From: an uncultured Verrucomicrobiae bacterium
Lineage (GTDB): Bacteria; Verrucomicrobiota; Verrucomicrobiia; Chthoniobacterales; Terrimicrobiaceae
DNA length: 64,000 nt
Reading direction: 5' to 3'
Assembly (NCBI GenBank): GCA_963706955.1
Contig: CAVPOC010000010.1
Span: forward strand, 192,001 to 256,000
Part shown: piece after piece, positions 41,765 to 52,411 of the stretch
Layout: the number at the start of each line of letters is the position of its first letter
How positions within the stretch are numbered: the first letter of the stretch is position 1
Program-made: the position numbers and the translations under genes
The notes under the pieces: model-generated
What the model saw: the letters and a program-made list of their open reading frames with translations, nothing else
What the model was told of the DNA's origin: nothing
The model's database searches: none

Positions 41765-42734
41765 CTACTGGTAAAAATTGCGATCCCAGCGATGGGCCTT
41801 CAACCTTCCGACGGTTTCCTCCGGCAGGCCCCGCCCATCACCGATCAGGCAGTTTCGCTCGACATTTCGCACCGTGCGCATCCCGGGAATGACCGTTGAG
41901 ACGGCGGGATGGCTGAGCACGTAGCGCAGCGCCGTTTCCGGCATGTCTTCCAGCGTGATCCCGAGATCGGAAGCCATCCGCGTGACGCGTTCGTAAACCT
42001 GCTGCTTTCGATCACCTCGAAAATAATTGTTGCGGAAGTCGTCGGCCGCAAAGGTCACGTCAGGGGTGATCTTGCCGGTCAAGCCTCCCTCATCGAGCGC
42101 CACACGGACAATCACGCCGATATCATGACGTTGGCAGGCAGGGAAGAGCTTCTCTTCCGGGTTTTGCTCGAAAATATTATAGATGACCTGAACCGTATCT
42201 AAGACGCCGCTCTCAATCAGCTTGATCGCGTTTTCGGGTTGATAGTCGTTTATCGAAACACCGAAGAACTTGATCTTACCCTGATCCTTGAGCTTCTGAA
42301 TGGCGCTGAGCCATTCTCCCTGGTCGACCCATTCGTCGGACCAGACGTGGAACTGCTGCACGTCGATAGTTTCCAAACCGAGATTCTTGAGACTCTTTTC
42401 GGTGCACTTGATAACGTGATCGGCTGGGAAGGTCTCCTCCACGGGAGTACCGGCCCTCGCCGGCCACACTTCGTTCTTGGGAGGTATCTTCGTAGCCACG
42501 TAGATCGTTTCCGACCGCTGTCTGACCAGCTGTCCCACGAGCTTTTCGCTATGGCCGTCGCCATAGCCCAAGGCCGTGTCGATGAAATTCAGTCCCAAAT
42601 CGATTGACCGATTGAGTGCTCTCAGGGATTGCATCGTCAGAAGCGCCAATCCACATGCTTTTGCCAATTCCCCAAGCGCCAAAGCCAATCTCCGAGACCT
42701 TAAGCCCTGTTCTGCCGAGCGCTCGATAATTCAT
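41765..42734 (-). CDS. Aldo/keto reductase; frameshift near 42630
   Basis: [24 protein letters not shown], then [25 protein letters not shown] in the next frame. Confidence 0.9.
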
Positions 42735-42965
42735 GATTTTCCACTCTTTCAGATTCCTCTATCTCGGGCCAGAACTCTTGCCCTGAGTTTCGTGCTGGAG
42801 CCATTCCGACGAGGCCCGTGAGTCCAAAACGGCTAAGCGGAATCAGTTTTCCGGAATGCAATTTTTCCAATCGTCCACGGGCCTGGTGGTGCCAGTGGCG
42901 GGTGGGCGCCGTCATCCACCGTCCTTTCTCGACGCCGGAAGCTGAACCCGGAGAGAACCGACACC

Positions 42966-43337
42966 TCAGCTGGTAAATTGCCAGAGGCCGATGACTGCGC
43001 CTTGAGGGTCAGCAAGGATAGCGAATCTTCCCACCTGAATCGTAGTAATTTCCTTGTGAACTGTGGCGCCGAGGTCCTTGGCGCGAGCCACCGATGCTTC
43101 GAGGTCTTCGACGGTCACGTAAGGCATCCACATGTCGGGCATCGATTCCGCGTCCGGTGGAAGCGTGAACATCCCGCAAACCACGCGATCGCCAGATTTA
43201 AACATGCTGTAGGTGTAACCCTGCATATCCATCTCCTCACGCGACCAGCCAAACAGCTCGGTGTAGAATTTCGCACTTGCCGCCGCATCGCGGGTCATCA
43301 GCTCGTTCCAGCTAAATATCCCGGGAGTCTTATCCAT
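42966..43337 (-). CDS. VOC/glyoxalase-family protein
   Basis: PG.FSWNELMT.D...S.KFY.ELFGW, W.PYV.V.D, GRFA...DPQGA; alternative start 43361. Confidence 0.9.
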   Translation of the reverse strand: MDKTPGIFSWNELMTRDAAASAKFYTELFGWSREEMDMQGYTYSMFKSGDRVVCGMFTLPPDAESMPDMWMPYVTVEDLEASVARAKDLGATVHKEITTIQVGRFAILADPQGAVIGLWQFTS

Positions 43338-43469
43338 TTCGTTTGATCCTTCTTCGCTCATAGTGTCTCAAGTCTATCCTTAACAGAGGGAATTGCCAGA
43401 GGCTCGATCGGCACCTGACCTCGATAACGACACCTTGATTACATTGAAGTCTGCCAGGCCACTGTCTTA

Positions 43470-46205
43470 GTGTCGCAAACGCTCGTAAGAAATTCCTCCG
43501 TGAACGACGAAACGAATTCTGCCATGCACAGAGTCGATCTTCCCACTCAAGGCGAATTCCTCCGCATTGAAGAGGAGAAGCGCTACAAAGCGCAAAATGG
43601 TCTCTGGCGCAAATGGGGTCCCTACCTCAGCGAACGCCAATGGGGCACCGTGCGTGAGGACTATAGCCCAGACGGCAATGCCTGGGATTATCTTTCCCAC
43701 GAGCAGTCCCGCAGCCGCGCCTACCGTTGGGGCGAAGATGGAATTGCCGGATTCAGCGATCACCATCAACGGCTTTGTCTCTCGCTTGCGCTCTGGAACG
43801 GGCGTGATCCGATCCTCAAAGAACGTCTCTTTGGCCTCACCAACGCGGAGGGCAATCACGGCGAAGATTGCAAGGAGCTCTACTACTACCTGGACGCGAC
43901 GCCCACCCACGCCTACTTGAAAATGCTCTACAAATATCCACAGGCGGAATTTCCCTATGCGGATCTTGTGCAAACCAACCGCTCCAAGGGGAGGCTGGAG
44001 CGGGAATACGAGCTTATCGATACCGGGATCTTCGACGAGGACCGCTATTTTGACGTTTTCGTCGAGTATGCGCGGATCAACCCGACAGCGGTCAACGTCC
44101 TAGTTACCGTCTGGAACCGCGGACCAGAGGAGGCTACGCTTCACCTTTTGCCACAGCTGTGGTTTCGCAACACGTGGTCGTGGAAAATCGATGCGAAGAG
44201 GCCCCGCATCTCCGCAGGCGATCCGCAATCGGTCGACGTGATTCATCACGAGCTGGGTGCTTTTCAGTTCTTTGTCGAGAAAGCCGACGAATGGCTTTTT
44301 ACCGAAAATGAAACCAACGCGCGGCGACTTTTCGGGCAAGAGCTCGAAGGTTATTTCAAAGATGGATTTCACGAATATGTGGTGAATGGAAATGCCTCGG
44401 CAACGAATCCCGCACGCGCGGGAACCAAGGCCGCTGCCCTGCTCGTTCGCAGCGTTTCTCCCGGAGGCCGCCTTCAACTCCGCGCCTGCCTGCGGGAACC
44501 TTCCGAAGGCGACCCGTTCGAAACCTTCGATGAAATAGTCGAAACCAGGCGCGCGGAAGCGGACGCGTTCTACACAGAGCTCCAAACCGATCTTTCCGAT
44601 GACGACGCTCGCCTCGTGCAGCGACAGGCTCTCGCCGGCCTGATCTGGAGCAAGCAGTATTTCTACTACGACGTCCCCGAATGGTTGGACGGCGATCCTT
44701 CGCAGCCGCCGCCCCCTGTTGAACGCAGGCATGGCCGCAACTACGACTGGAAACACCTAAACAATGCGGACATCGTCTCGATGCCGGACAAATGGGAGTA
44801 TCCATGGTACGCCGCCTGGGATCTGGCGTTCCACGCGGTCGCCCTCGCCCTGGTCGACACCGAATTTGCCAAGTCCCAACTCCTGCTCATGACGCGGGAA
44901 TGGTATATGCACCCGAACGGCCAGTTGCCCGCCTACGAGTGGGCGTTCGGCGACGTCAATCCTCCGGTGCACGCTTGGGCAACTTGGCGCGTCTTCCAGA
45001 TGGATCGTGCGCGCCAGCCGCCAGGCGGCAAGACCAGCCTCGGGGACCTCGATTTCCTGGAGCGCGTCTTCCACAAGCTCATGTTGAACTTCACCTGGTG
45101 GGTCAATCGGAAGGACGCGCAGGGGCACAATATCTTCCAAGGCGGATTTCTCGGCCTGGACAACATCGGCGTATTTGACCGAAGCGCCTCGTTGCCGACC
45201 GGTGGGTTTATCAATCAAGCGGACGGCACCAGTTGGATGGCCATGTATTGCCTGAATCTTATGCGCATCGCCCTCGAACTTGCGCAGCACAACCCGGTCT
45301 ACGAAGACATCGCCACCAAGTTCTTCGAACATTTCCTGCACATCGCTGAGGCAATGAACAACATTGGCGATGTCGGGATCGGCCTCTGGGACGAGCAGGA
45401 CGAATTCTACTACGACGTTCTCAACCTCCCGGACGGACGCACGATTCCGCTGAAGGTGCGCTCGATGGTCGGGTTGATTCCCCTTTGCGCGGTTGAAGTT
45501 CTCGAACCGGAGAGCCTCGAACAGGCTCCGGAATTCGCTCGACGGCTGAAATGGTTCCTCAATTATCGTCCGGACCTTGCCCGGCTTGTCTCAAGATGGC
45601 AGGAGAGCGGTCAGGGAGAACGCCATTTGCTCTCGCTGCTTCGCGGTCACCGAATGAAATGTCTGCTCCGGCGTATGCTCGACGAGACCGAATTTCTCTC
45701 CGACTACGGGGTGCGCGCGCTTGCGAAGATCCACGAAACCAATCCGTACATATTCAGTTGTGGCGAGAGTGAGATGAGCGTCAGCTATCAGCCAGCGGAA
45801 TCCGATTCTGGACTCTTCGGTGGAAACTCAAATTGGCGCGGACCCATCTGGATGCCGGTAAACTACCTCTTGGTCGAATCGCTCGAGAAATTTCATAAGT
45901 ATTACGGAGACGACTTCACTGTCGAATGCCCGACCGGCTCGGGGATATACTTGACCATTCGCGAAGTCGCCAACGAGCTGGCCCGCCGCTTGGCTCGCAT
46001 TTTTCTAAAAGATGATTCAATGCGTCGTCCCGTTTTCAACGGGGAAGAGAAGATGCAAACTGATCCCCATTTCCGCGACCATGTGCTGTTCTACGAGTAT
46101 TTTCATGGGGAGAACGGTCGCGGAGTCGGCGCCTCACATCAGACCGGTTGGACCGGCCTGATCGCAAATCTCCTCAAGCCGAATCAAGGAGGGCTCCCGC
46201 TGTGA
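43470..46205 (+). CDS. GH63/MGH1-like glycoside hydrolase (glucosidase)
   Basis: WGPYLSERQWGTVREDYS, SMPDKWEYPWYAAWDLAFH, GGNSNWRGPIW, GASHQTGWTG; alternative start 43524. Confidence 0.92.
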   Translation: MSQTLVRNSSVNDETNSAMHRVDLPTQGEFLRIEEEKRYKAQNGLWRKWGPYLSERQWGTVREDYSPDGNAWDYLSHEQSRSRAYRWGEDGIAGFSDHHQRLCLSLALWNGRDPILKERLFGLTNAEGNHGEDCKELYYYLDATPTHAYLKMLYKYPQAEFPYADLVQTNRSKGRLEREYELIDTGIFDEDRYFDVFVEYARINPTAVNVLVTVWNRGPEEATLHLLPQLWFRNTWSWKIDAKRPRISAGDPQSVDVIHHELGAFQFFVEKADEWLFTENETNARRLFGQELEGYFKDGFHEYVVNGNASATNPARAGTKAAALLVRSVSPGGRLQLRACLREPSEGDPFETFDEIVETRRAEADAFYTELQTDLSDDDARLVQRQALAGLIWSKQYFYYDVPEWLDGDPSQPPPPVERRHGRNYDWKHLNNADIVSMPDKWEYPWYAAWDLAFHAVALALVDTEFAKSQLLLMTREWYMHPNGQLPAYEWAFGDVNPPVHAWATWRVFQMDRARQPPGGKTSLGDLDFLERVFHKLMLNFTWWVNRKDAQGHNIFQGGFLGLDNIGVFDRSASLPTGGFINQADGTSWMAMYCLNLMRIALELAQHNPVYEDIATKFFEHFLHIAEAMNNIGDVGIGLWDEQDEFYYDVLNLPDGRTIPLKVRSMVGLIPLCAVEVLEPESLEQAPEFARRLKWFLNYRPDLARLVSRWQESGQGERHLLSLLRGHRMKCLLRRMLDETEFLSDYGVRALAKIHETNPYIFSCGESEMSVSYQPAESDSGLFGGNSNWRGPIWMPVNYLLVESLEKFHKYYGDDFTVECPTGSGIYLTIREVANELARRLARIFLKDDSMRRPVFNGEEKMQTDPHFRDHVLFYEYFHGENGRGVGASHQTGWTGLIANLLKPNQGGLPL

Positions 46206-46301
46206 CGCAATCTTCAAAGACGTCACCGGCCTTTCCTCGGAAGGACAAAGAACCTTTTCGAAGTTATAGCAGCCCCTTCCCAAGAAGCGCCAGCGCCTTT
46301 G

Positions 46302-46361
46302 CTGTAGCGGCGGCGTCCCCGCCGCCGAGAAACCTCAACCGTGGGGACCCGGTCGCTACAG
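46302..46361. repeat. GTAG-type REP doublet, copy 3 (inverted relative to copy 1)
   Basis: CTGTAG-CGGCGGCG-tccc-CGCCGCCG ... CAACCGTG-ggga-CCCGGTCG-CTACAG; lies between convergent genes. Confidence 0.8.
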
Positions 46362-46398
46362 GAGAGATGCCGCCGCAGCTTTAGCGCGTCCCACAACT

Positions 46399-48921
46399 TC
46401 AACCTTCCACCGATGGAAGAACGCACGTAAAAGTAGCGCCGGAACCTGGATTCTCTGATGCCGAAAGGCGGCCGCCGTGCGCCTCTACGATCGAGCGACT
46501 GATTCGCAGTCCCATTCCCATGCTTTTTGGCTTCGTGGAATAAAACGGGTCAAACATTTGATCTTTTTGAGCGGGATCAAATCCAGCGCCACTATCCTCC
46601 ACATCGATTCGGATTGCCCCTTTACCGTCGAGGGTATCCCGAGCTGTTCTCACCGTGAGAATGCGTTTGTCGCCGGTCTCTGCCGTCATCGCTTCGATTG
46701 CGTTGGTGATCACGTTGAAGAGCGCCTGCTGCAACTCGGTGCGGTCAGCGGAAACCTTCGGCAAATCCTCCGCGAATTCAGTTTGGACGGTGATTCTGTG
46801 TTGCCGCAGATCGCGGCTGGCCAGCGCCAAAACATCAAGCACCAGATCCCCGGGCTCCAAGACAGCAAGGTCTCGACTCGATTGTCCAGCACCTTCCCGC
46901 GCGCGCGCGAGGATTTCTTTCGCATGGGTAGCATCTTTGACGATGTTAAAGAGCGGTTCGCGAGACTCAAAAGGGAGCGCACGCGTCGCCTCTGCCAGGC
47001 GAAAGCAGAAATCCCCATTTTTTGCGATCGCCTCGAGTGACTCATCGATTTCCTGCGCGATGGAGGACGCATACTGTTCGATGGTCAGGCGTGCCACTCG
47101 CGCGAACTCCGCCTGGACGTTGCGAAAGACCTTCTCCGTAATCCTCTGTTCGGTGATATCGATTATCGCGCCGGAAAACTCCGCCAGCAGAGACGTCTCC
47201 AGGACTGGATGACCGATGCTTCGTAGATCCCTGGTCGATCCATTCGGGAGGACGATGCGAAACTCAACCTTGAAATCGCTCTTTTCACTCTTCGCCTTCT
47301 CGAGCGTTTGCTCGACGAGGACCCTGTCCTCTGGATGCACGAACTGCAGAAACAGCTGATAGGATGGTTTTACGTCGCCAGGATTAACGCCGAAGATCCG
47401 GAAGGTTTCCTGGGACCAGTAAACCTCGCCGCTCCCCACATTCCAGCCCCAGCTGCCGGTGTGGCTGAGCTTTTCAGCTTCGGCCAGATAGGCCTCGCTC
47501 AATCGTAATTCGTCTTCGGCCTTTTTCTGTTCGGTGACATCTCGAATCGCTCCGGCGAAACCTTGCAGATCTCCAGCATCGTCGTTCAGCGGAGTAAGGA
47601 TGAGGTTCGCCCAATAACGCTCCCCATCCTTTCGGACTCGGCTCACCTGGTCCTCAAATCGGCCCTCAGTCACCGCGCGCCGCAATGCCTCGCCGGATTT
47701 TTCAGCCTCGCGTTCTTGCGGCTCGAACAAGAGGGAGAAGTGTTTGCCGAGAATTTCCGGCGCGTCCCATCCCATGATGCGCTCTGCACCCTTATTCCAA
47801 CTAACGACTTTCCCCGCGGGATCGAGCATGAAGAGTCCGAGCTCGTTCAAGCCGCCGATCAGCTGGCGAAGGCGCAGATCGCGCTCGCTTTGAGCGGTCA
47901 GTGCTCGCTGACGCTCGATCGTCTCCGCCGCCTGCTCCGCATAGAGGCGAGCGTACCTCGTGTCGCGTTCATTGGGTTGACGCTGCTGTCGAAAATGCGT
48001 GGAAACAACACCGATAAATTCCTTATCTTGACTAACCAGCGGTGTCAGCTGGATGGCGCGAAAACCAGCGGAAGCGGCAACCGCCCAGTGCGGCTCGAAG
48101 GCCGCATCGGCGAGCGCATCTTCGACGATCACGCTCTCGCCACGACGAAGGGTTTCATTCCAGACCGGATTGGTGGAGAAAATATCCCTAAGTTTTTCCG
48201 GCACGTCGTGCTCGAATCCGTTTTGGGCTAGCACCTCCAATGTCCCTTTTTCGGCGTCGTAGAGTTGCAAACTACCCATGTCTGCCTTCTGAAGCCCGAT
48301 CATGCTCGTAACCACCTCGTGGCAGAGCAGCCGAAGTTCTCTGGGGACCAGCAATCGCAGCTTGAGCTCGTGGAGCCGGCTTGCCATCGCCTGTTCGTCT
48401 CCCAATGCGGTTCTCGCACTTTGCAATTCCCGCGCGCCTGTATCGATTTCACGCCGGAACCCCTCACGGTCGGTCGACCAGGCAGTGCGCTCACGCTCCC
48501 GGTCGGCCTTCTCGCTCTCCAACATTGAACTGGCCACGTTGAGTTCCTCAGAGGAGGGGAGGCTCAAGGCATCCGGAATCGCCTTCAGCAAGAGGACGGC
48601 GGTTGCGATCCCTGCCACACCGGCGATAGCTTTGACGATCCCGAAGAGCCGGAATGTTCCGTGCCAAACCGACCAAATCTCCATCAGATGCGTTACCGCG
48701 CACGCGAATACAAAAACGCCGAACAACGCGAAGGTTCCGCGCCAGGAGAGACCAGCCCTGTTCTTTACGAATGAAATCAGCGCCAGCAAGATTAAGAAGT
48801 AAGCCAGCGCGATCAGAGCGTCCGAGACGACATGAATCCAGAGGACTTCGGGCTGACCGACGAATGCCTGGCCGTGCGGCACAAAATCCGAGTCTAATAG
48901 CCTCTTAAAAAAATCGGTCAT
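46399..48921 (-). CDS. Sensor kinase-like protein: ETR1-like ethylene-binding domain, GAF, 2 PAS, degenerate HisKA, HATPase
   Basis: SDALIALAYF and FACAVTHL in a 3-TM N-terminus; WNKGAE.I.G and VHPEDR PAS motifs; H-box reads SIAQEIDESL; N, G1, F and G2 boxes present. Confidence 0.88.
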   Translation of the reverse strand: MTDFFKRLLDSDFVPHGQAFVGQPEVLWIHVVSDALIALAYFLILLALISFVKNRAGLSWRGTFALFGVFVFACAVTHLMEIWSVWHGTFRLFGIVKAIAGVAGIATAVLLLKAIPDALSLPSSEELNVASSMLESEKADRERERTAWSTDREGFRREIDTGARELQSARTALGDEQAMASRLHELKLRLLVPRELRLLCHEVVTSMIGLQKADMGSLQLYDAEKGTLEVLAQNGFEHDVPEKLRDIFSTNPVWNETLRRGESVIVEDALADAAFEPHWAVAASAGFRAIQLTPLVSQDKEFIGVVSTHFRQQRQPNERDTRYARLYAEQAAETIERQRALTAQSERDLRLRQLIGGLNELGLFMLDPAGKVVSWNKGAERIMGWDAPEILGKHFSLLFEPQEREAEKSGEALRRAVTEGRFEDQVSRVRKDGERYWANLILTPLNDDAGDLQGFAGAIRDVTEQKKAEDELRLSEAYLAEAEKLSHTGSWGWNVGSGEVYWSQETFRIFGVNPGDVKPSYQLFLQFVHPEDRVLVEQTLEKAKSEKSDFKVEFRIVLPNGSTRDLRSIGHPVLETSLLAEFSGAIIDITEQRITEKVFRNVQAEFARVARLTIEQYASSIAQEIDESLEAIAKNGDFCFRLAEATRALPFESREPLFNIVKDATHAKEILARAREGAGQSSRDLAVLEPGDLVLDVLALASRDLRQHRITVQTEFAEDLPKVSADRTELQQALFNVITNAIEAMTAETGDKRILTVRTARDTLDGKGAIRIDVEDSGAGFDPAQKDQMFDPFYSTKPKSMGMGLRISRSIVEAHGGRLSASENPGSGATFTCVLPSVEG

Positions 48922-49261
48922 GGCAGCGCGTTCCCAAGAAGTTCCCTTCCTATCAAGCACCCTCGTTGAACGAGCGAAAACCAAAAAATCGCCTTATTTG
49001 CTCTCTGCTCGCGATCGTTCCGAATCTCCGGGTGCCGATTCGCTCTGATAAAGTTATGCGCCTCGCTGTGCGGCGCCGCCTCGTGGTCCGCATAACAGTA
49101 TCAGCGGAGCTCTTGGCACCGCCTTAGTCCGGCTGGAACTTCCGCGCTCTTGCTGAATTCACCGGCGCCAAGAGCGGCCCTGATCGCGTCATCAGGGAAG
49201 AGCATCTTCCGGTTTCGCCTTGCGACAAGCAGACGCCGGTGGCAAGATTTTAACCACTTCC

Positions 49262-50557
49262 ATGAATCTTTCCCCTCTTTCAGTTATTGCGGCGGCACTC
49301 GTGTTGCTGACTTCCTTCGGACACGCAAAGGAGATCGAACTCTGGTTTACTCCGATGTCGACAGAGGGGCCGCCGAAGGCGCCACTGCTGCAGTGGAACA
49401 AGGAGAATTTCCCGAAGCTGCTGCCAGGCATTACCGTGGGAGAAAACTATGGGCCTCCCATCTATCAGGACGCGCAGCAAAAATTAATCGTGCAGGGGCG
49501 AAGGGGGAAGCCGGACGTGATCGAAGGTGTGCTCGAGGGCATGATCGCCTACCAAAGAGCTGGGCTCCTCGAGCCGTTGGATGACTATTTTAGCAAATGG
49601 CCAGATCACACTCAGTTCATTCCAAGCACCATCAAGGCGCTCACCATTAACGGCAAACTTTACGGAGTCCCCTATAACACCAATGTCCGCGTCTTGCTGT
49701 ATCGCAAAGACCTTTTCGAAAAACATAACTTGGCTCCTCCGAAGACCTGGGAGGAGATGCTGCAAGCCGGTGCGACCATCTCCGCTAAAGAGCCGGGAGT
49801 GGCCGGTCTGGGATTGACAACCAAGAGCGGCAGTGTGCGCACTTTTCAAGAATTCATCTCCTGGTTTTTTCAGGTCAACGGCGGCGAGAATCCCTTCAAA
49901 TATGACGAGGCCAGCAAGAAATGGACGATGAACACGACACCGGAAAAACTGGCGCAGGTCTTAAAGCTCTACGAGGATATCTTTGCTAAAGACAATCCCT
50001 CTGCCGCCAATCAAAACACGCGGGGCAACGATTACCAGGCAACCGATACCGATTACGTTTCAGGGAAGAGCGCAATGGTTCCGATGGGCCCTTGGATCTA
50101 TTCTAATCGGACAACCGGCGAAGTAGCGAAAAAGATCTTGGAAGAGCAAACCGGAGTGGCCGCACTGCCGCTTCCTCCGGGGGGAACACAGGCCACCTAC
50201 CTTGAAGTGAAGCCCATTATGATCAATGCCAAGAGCAAGGAAAAGGAGGCCGGCTGGGAGGTGATCAAAGTCTTAGCGAGCAAAGATTTCGTCGCTTTGG
50301 AAAATAAGTTGGAAGGAGTCAATCCCCCGAGACAGGATGTGGCCGATCTTCCGGACTTCAAGAACGATTGGTGGCAACAAGCCTTCGTCGCTCAGTTACC
50401 CACCGGTGTCGCCTTGGCTCCAATCAATTGGGGACTGGTCGTCAATGACCTCACCGAAGCGCTCCAGAAGGTCATCTACAAGAAGAGTAGTCCGGAAGAG
50501 ACAGCTAAGGAACTTTACAACACGCTCGAGCAGCGGGCGAAGAATAACCAGCTTTAG
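49262..50557 (+). CDS. Sugar ABC transporter substrate-binding protein
   Basis: Signal peptide; PDV, L.PLDDY, GKLYGVP, L.YRKDLF, PKTWEE. Confidence 0.9.
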   Translation: MNLSPLSVIAAALVLLTSFGHAKEIELWFTPMSTEGPPKAPLLQWNKENFPKLLPGITVGENYGPPIYQDAQQKLIVQGRRGKPDVIEGVLEGMIAYQRAGLLEPLDDYFSKWPDHTQFIPSTIKALTINGKLYGVPYNTNVRVLLYRKDLFEKHNLAPPKTWEEMLQAGATISAKEPGVAGLGLTTKSGSVRTFQEFISWFFQVNGGENPFKYDEASKKWTMNTTPEKLAQVLKLYEDIFAKDNPSAANQNTRGNDYQATDTDYVSGKSAMVPMGPWIYSNRTTGEVAKKILEEQTGVAALPLPPGGTQATYLEVKPIMINAKSKEKEAGWEVIKVLASKDFVALENKLEGVNPPRQDVADLPDFKNDWWQQAFVAQLPTGVALAPINWGLVVNDLTEALQKVIYKKSSPEETAKELYNTLEQRAKNNQL

Positions 50558-50593
50558 CTTCTCAGCGAGTCTCACAATTATCGCCAGCCCGTT

Positions 50594-51541
50594 GTGAGAG
50601 CTCAAGAACAGGACGTCGGCAGCCTCACTCAGGATCCCAAACGAAATTTTGGGACGAGGTGGAAAAGTTTCCGCCAGGCGTCGTTTGGATATATCCTGCT
50701 CGCTCCGGCGCTCATTATCATTCTCGGCCTGAACCTCTATCCGACGATCTCGGGCGTCCTCACCGCATTTACGAACCAATCTCTTCTCGATCCTTTCAAC
50801 TGGGCATTTGTCGGCTTTGCAAACTTCCAAAAGTTGTTTGGAGATCCAGTCTTTCGCATCTCTCTTGTTCATTCGCTAGTGCTGACCGGCTTAGCCGTCA
50901 GCCTACAAGTGGTCTTGGGCTTGATCCTTGCGCACTTGCTTATTGAGCAAGTGCCCGGCATCCAATTTTTCCGGAGTATCGGAATGATTGCGTGGGTGCT
51001 CCCGATTATCGCTTCGGTGGTCATGTTTCGGTTCATTACACTCCCGAACTATGGCTTTATTAACATTCTTCTGAACGATCTCGGCGTTGGGCATTTGGCG
51101 CGCAATTGGTTCGGCGATGAAAAGTACGCGTTCGTGCTGATTCTTATCATGCACCTTTGGCGGAATGTTCCCTTCTATGCGATTTCTTTCATGGCAGCGA
51201 TGCAGGCGATTCCCTCCGATCTCTACGAAGCCGCACGCATCGACGGGGCGTCCACCTGGCGACAATTCTATCACGTCACCCTGCCAAACTTGCGCTACAT
51301 CATTTTGGTGATGGTGGTCCTTCACGTCACTTTCACCTTCAACAACTTCGATTTCGTCTATCTATCGACGGGGGGTGGTCCGGTGAACTCCACCGAAGTT
51401 CTGCCTACCTTCATTTATAAACAGGCTTGGAACGGCTACGAGCTCGGATACGCCAGCGCTGGCGGCGTGGTCATGCTGATCGTCCTCGTCGTGTTGGCGC
51501 AGGGTTGCCGAAAATTTATCGGAGGATTCTCAGAGGAATGA
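50594..51541 (+). CDS. Carbohydrate ABC transporter permease (MalF-like)
   Basis: FVGFANF, EAA loop LYEAARIDGAS..RQF..VTLP, TGGGP. Confidence 0.93.
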   Translation: MRAQEQDVGSLTQDPKRNFGTRWKSFRQASFGYILLAPALIIILGLNLYPTISGVLTAFTNQSLLDPFNWAFVGFANFQKLFGDPVFRISLVHSLVLTGLAVSLQVVLGLILAHLLIEQVPGIQFFRSIGMIAWVLPIIASVVMFRFITLPNYGFINILLNDLGVGHLARNWFGDEKYAFVLILIMHLWRNVPFYAISFMAAMQAIPSDLYEAARIDGASTWRQFYHVTLPNLRYIILVMVVLHVTFTFNNFDFVYLSTGGGPVNSTEVLPTFIYKQAWNGYELGYASAGGVVMLIVLVVLAQGCRKFIGGFSEE

Positions 51542-52365
51542 AAAAGAGCAAACGGAGGCTGGTCATCGTCTACACTGGGCTGATCATCTTCTACGCGTTT
51601 CTCTTGCTGCCGATCGTCTGGCTCGTTCTTTCGAGTTTCCGCAATACGGATTCGATCCAAGCCGGCCGGCTCGTCCCGTATCCATCAGAACTAACGGTCA
51701 TGAATTACGTCGAGGCCTTCCGGATAGCCAATTTGACGACGTTTCTCATCAATTCATTCGTCATCGCCATCAGCGTGATGCTCGTCGTCGTCTTTATCGC
51801 GAGTCTGGGCGCCTATGCGCTGAGCCGATTTAAGCTCAGAGCAAAGAACCTGTTCATGATGTTGGCTCTCATGCCGCAATTTTTCCCCTACGTTCTGATC
51901 TTAATTCCATTTTACGTCTTGATGTCGAACATCGGGTTGGTCGATAGCCACCTCGGACTCATCCTTACGCACACTTCGATCACGCTTCCCTTCGCGCTCT
52001 GGATGCTGACCGGATATTTTAATGCGATTCCGCGTGATTTGGATCAAGCGGCCCTGATCGATGGTTGTTCGCGACTCGGGGTCTTATTCCGAATCATTTA
52101 CCCGATCGCCATTCCAGGCATGGTCGTGGCTGGCTTCTTCGCCTTTGTTGTCTCCTGGGGTGATTATCTCTTCGTCTCGATTCTCTCGCAGAGCCCCGAA
52201 ACGCAGACGCTCCCGATCGGTCTGCAAACCTTCATGAGCAGTCTGCAAGTAAGATGGGGCCTGATCACTGCCGGAACAGTCATTGCCATTGTGCCAACGA
52301 TTCTCTTTTTCGCAATCGTCCAGCGTCGCCTGGTTGCCGGCCTCACTGCTGGCGCAGTCAAATGA
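51538..52365 (+). CDS. Carbohydrate ABC transporter permease (MalG-like)
   Basis: AYALSRF, IPRDLDQAALIDGCS, VAGLTAGAVK; ATGA overlap. Confidence 0.93.
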   Translation: MKKSKRRLVIVYTGLIIFYAFLLLPIVWLVLSSFRNTDSIQAGRLVPYPSELTVMNYVEAFRIANLTTFLINSFVIAISVMLVVVFIASLGAYALSRFKLRAKNLFMMLALMPQFFPYVLILIPFYVLMSNIGLVDSHLGLILTHTSITLPFALWMLTGYFNAIPRDLDQAALIDGCSRLGVLFRIIYPIAIPGMVVAGFFAFVVSWGDYLFVSILSQSPETQTLPIGLQTFMSSLQVRWGLITAGTVIAIVPTILFFAIVQRRLVAGLTAGAVK

Positions 52366-52411
52366 GCATCAGCGCGGACTGGATCGGCTGAAGCAAACCA
52401 AATTACCCGCT

